Notes under the pieces: generated by a model
What the model was told of the DNA's origin: nothing
What the model saw: only the letters and a program-made list of their open reading frames with translations
Databases searched by the model: none
Assembly (NCBI GenBank): GCA_039908345.1
Contig: JAMOBD010000007.1
Location: forward strand, 14,743-78,742
Source: Magnetospirillum sp. WYHS-4
Lineage (GTDB): Bacteria > Pseudomonadota > Alphaproteobacteria > Rhodospirillales > GLO-3
Direction of reading: 5' to 3'
Length of the DNA stretch: 64,000 bases
Shown here: positions 9,773 to 20,021 of the stretch, in pieces
Numbering within the stretch: position 1 is the stretch's first letter
Layout of the letters: each line of letters begins with the position of its first letter
Program-made: the position numbers and the translations under genes

Positions 9773-11044
9773 ATGGCCATAGCGGTTCCCGGCAGCCTGC
9801 TCGGCACGGACCCCCAGGGGGGCGAGGAGAATCTTCTGCTCGAACACCTGCGCCGCCAAGGCGACCTGCGGGCCGGCCTGTTCGCCGTGCAGATCCATCT
9901 TTCCGACCTGAAGTCGAGCAACCGCAAACCCCATTTCATCCGGGTGGCCCGTCGCGCCTTCGAGCCCCTGGAGCACTCCTACGACGCCACGCTGTTCCGC
10001 CTGTCCAACCAGGACTTGGTGTTGTCCTGCCGCGACGTTCCCGTCGATGAGGTCGATCAGGTGATGGTCAAGGTCCGCAGCCTGTTCAGCGAAGACCCGC
10101 TGGCCGGCTGCGAGGAAGGGTCGTTGGAAGACCATTTCTCCACTTGGTACGATTTGGCGCAGGAAGAGGATTTCGCCAACTTCAAGGAAGCCATCGCCGA
10201 CATCGCCGCCAAAGCCGAGGCGCTGCGCAAGGAACAAGAGCGCGCCGAAAAGGCCGCCGACAACAACCGCGGCATGACCGGGGAGCCGCTGACGCCCAAG
10301 AATCTGGCCGCCATCAACCAGGAACTCCTGGCCACCCGGCTATCGGACCTGATCCGCCAGCAGCCGGCCATGCGCATCCTGCCGCCCAACCAGGGCGAGA
10401 TCCTCTTCCGCGAATACTTCGTTTCCATGGCCGACCTGCAGGGGCGGGTGGCGCAGAACGTCAACCTGTTCAGTTCGACCTGGCTGTTCCACTACCTGAC
10501 CGAGACGGTGGACAAACGTATGCTGGTCATCATCGGGCGGCGGGATTTCTCGAAGGCCCGGGACTCGGTCAGCATCAACCTGAACATCGCCACCGTGCTG
10601 TCCCAGGAATTCAACCATTTCCACAAGACGGTTGCCGATCATGCCACCAAGGTGGTGATCGAAATCCAATTGACCGACATCTTCGCCGATCTCGGCTTGT
10701 TCCACTTCGCCCGCGAATCCCTGCAAGCGCGGGGCTACCGCGTGCTGATCGACGGCATCACGCCGCTCACCTTGCAGTTCTTCGATCCCAGCCTGCTCAA
10801 GGCCGACTACGTCAAGATCGCCTGGGGACCCGAGTTCGCCGGCGAGGCCGGCGGCGACCGCGCCGACGAAATGCGCGACTTGGTGAATCGCATCGGGCGG
10901 GATCGTATGGTGCTGGGCCGCGTCGATTCCGAGATTGCGGTGCGCTGGGGCCTGGGGCTCGGTATCCAGCGCTTCCAGGGCTATTACGTGGATACCCTGG
11001 TGGAACGCATGGTCGCCAAGGGCATCCTGGCGGGAGGAGGCTGA
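9773..11044 (+). CDS. uncharacterised protein with degenerate EAL-like C-terminal domain (paralog A)
   Basis: Track ORF 9716..11044. The Met at 9773 aligns with the start of the downstream paralog (ENLLLEHLRR vs ENLLLDYLRR). The C-terminal ~230 aa follow EAL-fold spacing with catalytic positions replaced: EIQLTD, LIDGITP (for DDFGTG), YVKIAWG (for KxD), GRVDSE (for EGVE), FQGYY. Confidence 0.7.
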   Translation: MAIAVPGSLLGTDPQGGEENLLLEHLRRQGDLRAGLFAVQIHLSDLKSSNRKPHFIRVARRAFEPLEHSYDATLFRLSNQDLVLSCRDVPVDEVDQVMVKVRSLFSEDPLAGCEEGSLEDHFSTWYDLAQEEDFANFKEAIADIAAKAEALRKEQERAEKAADNNRGMTGEPLTPKNLAAINQELLATRLSDLIRQQPAMRILPPNQGEILFREYFVSMADLQGRVAQNVNLFSSTWLFHYLTETVDKRMLVIIGRRDFSKARDSVSINLNIATVLSQEFNHFHKTVADHATKVVIEIQLTDIFADLGLFHFARESLQARGYRVLIDGITPLTLQFFDPSLLKADYVKIAWGPEFAGEAGGDRADEMRDLVNRIGRDRMVLGRVDSEIAVRWGLGLGIQRFQGYYVDTLVERMVAKGILAGGG

Positions 11045-11047
11045 GCC

Positions 11048-12358
11048 ATGGCATTGCCGCCCAATGTCCAGAGCCATCTGCCCAGCCAGGAAAATCTCCT
11101 GCTCGACTACCTGCGCCGCCTGGAGAAGCAGAAGGACGGCCGCAAGGCGGTGTTGATCCTGATTTCCGGACTCAAGCCCTTCAATCGCCGCGAACAGCAT
11201 GTGCGTGCCGCCACCTCCAGCTTCGAGCCCCTGGCGCAGGAAATGGAGGGCCAGCTCTTCTCGCTGAAGACCGCCGACCTGATTTTCATTTACAAGGAAT
11301 CGGCGCACCCGCGTGTCGAGACGGTGGTGCAGAAGATTCGGTTCCTGTTCAGCGACGATCCGTTGCTGGAAGACGACAGCTCCGAGCGGCGTTTCGTCAC
11401 TTGGTACGACGTGGCGACCCAGTTCGAGGACATTCTGCGCCTGGTCCAGTCCCTGGTCGATGTCGAGGACAAGAAGCTCGGGGACATGCGCGACCGCCGC
11501 TCCGACACCCGGGCTTCCCTGAAGGCCCGCCAGGAACGGGGCGAGCCCCTCACCCCGGCCGTGCTGGCCCGCGTCGAGCAGTCGCTGGGCAGCGCCGACC
11601 TGTCCAACCTGGTGCGCCGCCAGTTCGTTTGTGCCTTCGATGCCAAGCTGCGGCCGCAGCCCTTCTTCAGCGAGCTGTTCATTTCCATCGCCGATCTGCG
11701 GGAAACCGTGGTGCCCGGCGTCAACATGACCGCCAACCGGTGGCTGTTCCAGCACCTGACCGAGACGCTCGACCGCCGCATGCTGTCCATGCTGGGCAAA
11801 ACCGACCGCATCGCGATTACCGGCGATATCAGCTTCAATTTGAATATCGCGACCCTGCTGTCCAACGAGTTCCTGGCCTTTGACGACAACATCACGGCCG
11901 GCCGGCGCGGCGCCATGATCATCGAACTGCAACTGGTGGACATCTTCGCCGATCTCAACGCCTTCATGTTCGTGCGCGAATTCGTGCAGGACAAGGGCTA
12001 TCGCATCTGCGTCGACAGCCTGAACCACCAGACCATGGAACTGGTGGACCGGGACAAGCTGGGCGTCGATCTGGTCAAGATCGTCTGGAGCCCCGAACTG
12101 GTCGACCGGGGCGAGGAGATGCACGACCGGGTGCGGGCTTTCGTCAAGAGGATCGGCGAGAACCGGGTCATCATGTGCCGGGTCGACAGCCGCGAGGCCA
12201 TCGACTTCGGCCGCCGGGTCGGCATCGCCCTTTTCCAAGGCCGCCAAGTGGAAAACCTGATCGCCGAGGACAATCGGCGCAAGGAACTGCTGAAGCTCAA
12301 GCGCCGCATCGAACGCAGCGCCCCGGCCGGCCATCCCCCGCTGAAGAGCAAGTCGTAG
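11048..12358 (+). CDS. uncharacterised protein with degenerate EAL-like C-terminal domain (paralog B)
   Basis: 436 aa, starting 3 nt after paralog A. It has the same architecture: WLFQHLTETLDRRML, ELQLVDIFADL, CVDSLNHQT, LVKIVWSP, CRVDSRE, FQGRQ. Identity to paralog A is roughly 35-45% by eye. Confidence 0.75.
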   Translation: MALPPNVQSHLPSQENLLLDYLRRLEKQKDGRKAVLILISGLKPFNRREQHVRAATSSFEPLAQEMEGQLFSLKTADLIFIYKESAHPRVETVVQKIRFLFSDDPLLEDDSSERRFVTWYDVATQFEDILRLVQSLVDVEDKKLGDMRDRRSDTRASLKARQERGEPLTPAVLARVEQSLGSADLSNLVRRQFVCAFDAKLRPQPFFSELFISIADLRETVVPGVNMTANRWLFQHLTETLDRRMLSMLGKTDRIAITGDISFNLNIATLLSNEFLAFDDNITAGRRGAMIIELQLVDIFADLNAFMFVREFVQDKGYRICVDSLNHQTMELVDRDKLGVDLVKIVWSPELVDRGEEMHDRVRAFVKRIGENRVIMCRVDSREAIDFGRRVGIALFQGRQVENLIAEDNRRKELLKLKRRIERSAPAGHPPLKSKS

Positions 12359-13116
12359 TGACCGTCGGTTCCGCTTCCCCCGTGGTGGTCGTCGAGGCCC
12401 TGGTCAAGCGTTTCGGGCCGGTGGCGGCGGTGGACGGGATTTCCTTTTCCGTCGCCCGCGGTTCGGTCACCGCCCTGCTGGGCGGCAACGGGGCGGGCAA
12501 GACCACGACCCTGGCCATCCTGCTGGGGCTCCTGCTGCCTTCCTCCGGGACTATCGAAGTGCTGGGCCAGGATATGCTGCGCCACCGCCATCGCGTCCTC
12601 GGGCGGATGAATTTCTCCTCGCCCTACGTGGACCTGCCGCAGCGCCTGACGGTGCGGGAAAACTTGACGGTCTATGCCCATCTCTACGAAATATCCGGCG
12701 TCCGCCGGCGCATCGAAGCCCTGGCCGCCGACCTGGATATCGAAGCCTTCCTGGACCGTCCGGTGGGCAGCCTGTCGGCCGGGCAGAAGACCCGCATCGC
12801 CCTCGCCAAGGCCCTGCTCAACGAACCGGAATTGCTGTTGCTGGACGAACCCACCGCATCCTTGGACCCCGATACCGGCGACTGGGTGCGCGGCTATCTG
12901 GAGAACTGGCGGGCCCGGTCCGGCGCCACCATCCTGCTCGCCTCCCACAACATGGGCGAGGTGGAACGGCTCTGCGACCGGGTGCTGATGATGAAGGCCG
13001 GGCGCATCGTCGACGAAGGAACGTCGGCCGGCCTGGCGGCCCGCTACGGCCGCTCCAGCCTGGAAGAGGTCTTTCTCGACATCGCGAGAGGCCGGGGCGA
13101 GGGGGCAAGGCCATGA
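12358..13116 (+). CDS. ABC transporter ATP-binding protein
   Basis: In-frame part of track ORF 12175..13116. The GTG at 12358 overlaps the TAG of the upstream gene, so the start is uncertain. Walker A GGNGAGKTT, signature LSAGQKTRIALA, Walker B LLLLDEPTASLD. Confidence 0.88.
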   Translation: MTVGSASPVVVVEALVKRFGPVAAVDGISFSVARGSVTALLGGNGAGKTTTLAILLGLLLPSSGTIEVLGQDMLRHRHRVLGRMNFSSPYVDLPQRLTVRENLTVYAHLYEISGVRRRIEALAADLDIEAFLDRPVGSLSAGQKTRIALAKALLNEPELLLLDEPTASLDPDTGDWVRGYLENWRARSGATILLASHNMGEVERLCDRVLMMKAGRIVDEGTSAGLAARYGRSSLEEVFLDIARGRGEGARP

Positions 13117-13910
13117 CCTTTTCCTGGCGGCGGGTCTGGGCGGTGATGCTGCGGCATCTTTACGTGCTGCGGTCCTCGTGGCCGCGGCTGCTGGAACTGG
13201 CCTACTGGCCGGTGGTGCAGATGGTTCTCTGGGGCTTCATCACCACCTTCTTCGTCCAGCATTCCTCGTGGGTGGCGCAGGCGACCGGCGTGCTGATAAG
13301 CGCCGTGCTGCTGTGGGACGTGCTGTTCCGCGCCAACCTCGGGGTGTCGCTCACCTTCATGGAGGAGATGTGGGCCCGCAACCTGGCCCAGCTCTTCGTC
13401 AGCCCCCTCAGGCCTTCCGAGATGGTGGCGGCCCTGGCGGCCATGAGCCTTTTGCGCACGATAATCAGCATCCTGCCCGCCTCGCTGCTGGCCTTGCCGC
13501 TGTTCGACGTCTGGGTCTTCGCCCTGGGGCCGCCCTTGCTTGCCTTCTTCGCCCACCTGATGGTCATGGGCTGGGCCATCGGGCTGATGGTGTCCGCCCT
13601 GGTGCTGCGCTTCGGTCTGGGGGCGGAAAGTCTGGCCTGGGTGGCGATCTTCGCCATCGCGCCCCTGAGCGGCATCTACTATCCGGTCGCCAGCCTGCCC
13701 CAATGGCTGCAACCCTACGCCTGGGCGCTGCCGTCCACCTACGTCTTCGAGGGCATGCGCGCCGTGCTGTTCGACCAGGTCTTCCGCTGGGACCTGTTCT
13801 GGGGCGCGACGGGTTTGAATCTGGTCTACCTGGCCGCCACCGGAGCCGGCTTCCTTTACATCGTGCACGTCGCCAGGCGCCGCGGGCTATTGCTGCACCA
13901 GGGGGAATAG
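13113..13910 (+). CDS. ABC-2 type transporter permease
   Basis: 265 aa with about six hydrophobic segments. The ATG overlaps the ATPase stop (ATGA). This is the typical ABC-2 exporter partner. Confidence 0.85.
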   Translation: MTFSWRRVWAVMLRHLYVLRSSWPRLLELAYWPVVQMVLWGFITTFFVQHSSWVAQATGVLISAVLLWDVLFRANLGVSLTFMEEMWARNLAQLFVSPLRPSEMVAALAAMSLLRTIISILPASLLALPLFDVWVFALGPPLLAFFAHLMVMGWAIGLMVSALVLRFGLGAESLAWVAIFAIAPLSGIYYPVASLPQWLQPYAWALPSTYVFEGMRAVLFDQVFRWDLFWGATGLNLVYLAATGAGFLYIVHVARRRGLLLHQGE

Positions 13911-13912
13911 AG

Positions 13913-14044
13913 CTACCAAACCGGATAGATATCGCCCGGATTGGACGGCCGCTTGCGGGCGGCCCGACGGCGACGGTAGGCGATCCAGGCGCCGATGCCG
14001 AGCGCTGCCAAGGCGGCCAGTCCCAGAATCCAGTCAGTGGGCAT
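13913..14044 (-). CDS. possible 43-aa single-pass membrane micro-protein
   Basis: Not in the track (<60 aa). The ATG at 14044..14042 lies within the last 11 nt of the upstream TPR gene (ATGCCCACTGA). Sequence MPTDWILGLAALAALGIGAWIAYRRRRAARKRPSNPGDIYPVW gives one TM helix plus a basic tail. Coding status is unproven. Confidence 0.3.
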   Translation of the reverse strand: MPTDWILGLAALAALGIGAWIAYRRRRAARKRPSNPGDIYPVW

Positions 14045-16052
14045 TCTCTCCTCCGTCGATCAGGCGTCCGGCAAGGTCCTCCAGCTTCGGCCGCAGGGCT
14101 TCAAACATGATATCGTTGCCGCGCCGATTGAAATGACAGGCCGCATCGATGGACAGGGTCTCGGCGATGCCGTCGAAACAGCCGGTGAGATCGAAGAAGT
14201 CGACTCCGTTCGTCGCCAGTTCATCCGCGCGGCCCAGCATCAGGGGATAGGTCTGGGCGATGGCCCAGTATTCGGCGCAGCCGGGAATATAATAGCGTTC
14301 CATCTCCTCCTCGCTGCGCGGCTTGCCGCCGAAGTAGGGGTTGGGCTGCAGACAGTGGAGATATCGGACGCCGTCGGCGGCGCAACCGCGTCCCAGCAGA
14401 ATGGAGGCGCGGGCCCAAAGGTCGACGACTTCATCCGCCAGGGCGCGCGCCGCGCGGGGACAGGTGGAGAAGACCTGATCGTCGACAGGATCGGTGCGCG
14501 GCAAGAGGAACGGTTCGAGGGTTCCATTCCCGGCCATGACCGGGGTGGAGCCGCGCAGACGCTCCAATTCCCTTCGCGCCCGCTTCAGCCGCCAGCGATC
14601 GACAATCCCCCGGCGCTCCGCCAGGGCGGCCACCCTTGCCTGGGCCACCAGCAGCCGGCCCATGAAGGCGAGCACCTCGGGATCATCGCTGGGGGCCTGG
14701 AACTGGAGCATGAGGTTATTCATCATCCAGGATAGGGGCAACGAGACATGATGGCCGTTGCGCTGGTTGGCGCGCTTGCCCATGGCTTCGTTGAAGCCGT
14801 CGATATTGACGGCCAGGTCGAAGCGCTGCCCGAGCGCGCGGAAATAGAAATAGCTGAGCATCGCCTGAGGCTGTCCATAGCCGCCCTGGGAGAAGTTGAG
14901 AACGGTGACCGGTCGTCCCAAGGGGGACAGGATGGAAGCGACCAGGGCCCGGATTTTTTCTCGTTCGTGGGCGAAGAACTGATCGGCGACCGATCCACCG
15001 AACAGGGCGACGACGATGTCGTCGCCGGACTCGCCGTTGTAGGGGTAGTCGAACCAGGGCTTTTCCATCGCAAAGCCGTGGTTGTTCCTATAGGTCGTCC
15101 CGCGCCAGCCGGGCCTTGCGGCATAACCCAGGTAGGGATGGAAGGCGAATTCGACCTTGGCCGGCCGGGGGGGCGATCCGAAGGCATCGGAGTCCGGTGG
15201 CGCCAATCCGGATCGTCGGCGGTTCACCGCGGCGACGATCCGATCTTCGACGACCTCGCGCGGTTCGGCGCCATTCCAGACGCTTTTCGACATCCGGGTC
15301 CGAAAGGCTTCCATCCTCAGGCGGCCGGTTTCGGCTTGACGCGCCCGAACCAGGGAATCCAGAAATTCCCGGCACCGGGCCGTCAAATCCGTGGGCAGGG
15401 GATGGCTCAGAGCTTCCTCCACCCTTCGGCAGGCCTCTCCGGCATTGGATTCCCTCAAGCTCTCGGCCCAGCCCAGAAGGAATTCGCCGCTGGCGGCGAC
15501 GACGCGCGGATCGCCCTTCGTCACGACGATGGCTTGGCGGAAGACGTTCCGCAGCCTGGTCCGGTCGGCGCCGCCGGAGTTGCGGGCAAGACCCTGCAAC
15601 GTCTCTCCGTATTCTTTGAGAAGATCGGCATCGCCAGGCGACAGCAAGATGGCTTTACCCAGGTGCTTCTCCGCGTCCTCCCAGGCCTCTCGCGACCTCT
15701 CCGCCTTTCCCAAGGCGACAAGAACCCGCGGATCATTAGCCGCAAAAGCCAACGCGGCCCGCAGGTCGGCGATGGCGTCTTCGATCCGTCCCCCCGATGC
15801 CAGAAGGACCTCGGCACGGACGAGCCGGTAATCGGCGAGGCGAGGTGCAAGATCGATGGCCCGGCCCAGATCGTCCAGACATTCCGACCCCTGCCCCAGG
15901 TCCAGGTGGGCCAGGGCGCGAAGAAACCAGGCATCCGGATTTTCCGGATTTACGAGAAGGGCTTCACCGTAGGCGGCGACGGAAGCCGCGGCATCCCCCG
16001 CGCGGTGAAGCGCCATCGCACGGGTCAGGTGGTCCTGGAAGTCCGCCGCCAT
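14034..16052 (-). CDS. TPR-repeat protein with C-terminal SGNH-like (GGS / DxxH) domain
   Basis: Track ORF 14034..16106; Met at 16052 (MAADFQDHL) is preferred. The N-terminal ~200 aa are TPR-like (AYGEALLVNPENPDAWFLRALAHLDLG...). The C-terminal part has VALFGGSVADQF, NFSQGGYGQPQ and IDAACHFNRRGN, reminiscent of SGNH blocks I, II and V. Confidence 0.7.
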   Translation of the reverse strand: MAADFQDHLTRAMALHRAGDAAASVAAYGEALLVNPENPDAWFLRALAHLDLGQGSECLDDLGRAIDLAPRLADYRLVRAEVLLASGGRIEDAIADLRAALAFAANDPRVLVALGKAERSREAWEDAEKHLGKAILLSPGDADLLKEYGETLQGLARNSGGADRTRLRNVFRQAIVVTKGDPRVVAASGEFLLGWAESLRESNAGEACRRVEEALSHPLPTDLTARCREFLDSLVRARQAETGRLRMEAFRTRMSKSVWNGAEPREVVEDRIVAAVNRRRSGLAPPDSDAFGSPPRPAKVEFAFHPYLGYAARPGWRGTTYRNNHGFAMEKPWFDYPYNGESGDDIVVALFGGSVADQFFAHEREKIRALVASILSPLGRPVTVLNFSQGGYGQPQAMLSYFYFRALGQRFDLAVNIDGFNEAMGKRANQRNGHHVSLPLSWMMNNLMLQFQAPSDDPEVLAFMGRLLVAQARVAALAERRGIVDRWRLKRARRELERLRGSTPVMAGNGTLEPFLLPRTDPVDDQVFSTCPRAARALADEVVDLWARASILLGRGCAADGVRYLHCLQPNPYFGGKPRSEEEMERYYIPGCAEYWAIAQTYPLMLGRADELATNGVDFFDLTGCFDGIAETLSIDAACHFNRRGNDIMFEALRPKLEDLAGRLIDGGENAH

Positions 16053-16077
16053 TCCCCTCTCCGCGCCGCCGCGCCTT

Positions 16078-16347
16078 TCAGCGCTTTTCCAGTACCATTG
16101 GGGCATCGGCGGCGATCGTGCCGTCGTTGACGAACCAAACCTTGATCGGCGCCCCCAGGTTGGCCATCGCCGCCTTCAGGGAGGGCGCCAAACCCATGCT
16201 CGGCTTCGCGGTTTCGGCCAGCAGGGTCGCGGTGCCGTCCGTATCGACCACCAACTGGGCGCGCGCCACTTGCGGATAGCCGGCCAGCAGATCCCGGATC
16301 TGGTTCTCGGAGATGGCGACGTCGCCCACTTTGACTTCCGCGGTCAT
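16078..16347 (-). CDS. hypothetical 89-aa protein
   Basis: MTAEVKVGDVAISENQIRDLLAGYPQVARAQLVVDTDGTATLLAE... By eye it resembles the small C-terminal lid subdomain of adenylate-forming (PaaK/ANL) enzymes. It lies directly upstream of the TPR gene on the same strand. Confidence 0.45.
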   Translation of the reverse strand: MTAEVKVGDVAISENQIRDLLAGYPQVARAQLVVDTDGTATLLAETAKPSMGLAPSLKAAMANLGAPIKVWFVNDGTIAADAPMVLEKR

Positions 16348-16554
16348 GGCTTTTCCTCCTCAAGTCGAGCCGTGTCAGGGGAGCCATGGGTAGCCGACCG
16401 GAGCCGCGCGGTCAACGGCCGCTCCATTCCCCTTGCGTTTTCGTGGAGAACCCACAAGATGTCCCCCTGGGGACTGGACATCCGCCGGGAAGTGTGGTGC
16501 TGTTCGGCCCCGTGAGGGTCCCACCCCAAACCTACCCATTCGAGGAGGAAGCCC

Positions 16555-19221
<2,667 letters not shown>

Positions 19222-19309
19222 CCCTTCCGGTTCGCCCGCCCGCACAGGCCTGTTTGTCTCCGGCGGGCGGCTGGAGTAGAATGGGATCGGCCATCCAGGA
19301 GAAGCCGCC

Positions 19310-19573
19310 ATGGCACAAGTAACCATCGAGATTCCTGCCGAGGAACTGCCCGCCAGGGTGCTGCGGCGCCTGGGTGTATCGTCCCGGGGTGTCGTGCGCC
19401 TATCGGCCGATGTCAATCCGGCGGAGGACCCGCCCCTCAGCGACGATATGGACCTTCGCGATTTCGCCCGCGTGATGGCGGCGAGGATGGAGGCGCGGGG
19501 GCTCGCTGCCGACAAGTTGGCAGGTATCCTCGACATGACCGGGGAAGAGCGCAAGAACATCCTCGAAGCTTGA
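19310..19573 (+). CDS. putative antitoxin of the downstream PIN toxin
   Basis: 87 aa, ending 7 nt before the PIN gene. There is no recognisable catalytic motif; the call is based on position and size. Confidence 0.55.
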   Translation: MAQVTIEIPAEELPARVLRRLGVSSRGVVRLSADVNPAEDPPLSDDMDLRDFARVMAARMEARGLAADKLAGILDMTGEERKNILEA

Positions 19574-19580
19574 CGACGGC

Positions 19581-20021
19581 ATGCAGCACCGGCCGCGCCT
19601 TGTCATCGATACTAACGTCTGGATAGGCCTGATCGTCTGGCCATCGCCGCGGCTGGCGGCGGTTCTGGACTTGGCAGTTCGAGAGTTCGAAATGATCGCC
19701 TCCGAAGCGACCTTCAGGGAACTTTCCGAAACCCTGACCGGGACCAGGTTTGGGGAATTCCTCTCCTTGCGCGAACGCCAACTCTCCTTGGAGATGATAG
19801 CCAAGCATCTGACCTTTCTGTCGGTGACCGCGACCGTGACCGACTGCCGCGACCCGCGCGACAACAAGTTCCTCGACCTCGCAGTGGATAGAAGGGCCCA
19901 GGCGATCGTCACCGGAGACGGGGATCTTCTCGCCTTGCATCCTTGGCGAGGCATCGCCATCCTGCCCCCCCGGCAGTTTGTCGATGCCTGCAGCCAGGGG
20001 CAACCGGAAGCGCCGCCATGA
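19581..20021 (+). CDS. PIN-domain toxin (putative ribonuclease)
   Basis: LVIDTNVWIGL (first acidic residue), SEATFRELSE, and CRDPRDNKFLDLAVDRRAQAIVTGDGDLL (the D-x-K...TGD block typical of the TIGR00305-like PIN family, as I recall it). Confidence 0.8.
   Translation: MQHRPRLVIDTNVWIGLIVWPSPRLAAVLDLAVREFEMIASEATFRELSETLTGTRFGEFLSLRERQLSLEMIAKHLTFLSVTATVTDCRDPRDNKFLDLAVDRRAQAIVTGDGDLLALHPWRGIAILPPRQFVDACSQGQPEAPP

Noticed and set aside
19230-19275. Hairpin after acnA (CGCCCGCC ... GGCGGGCG) as a terminator
   Set aside because: The stem is only 8 bp with a loop of about 20 nt and no T-tract, so it is too weak to annotate.
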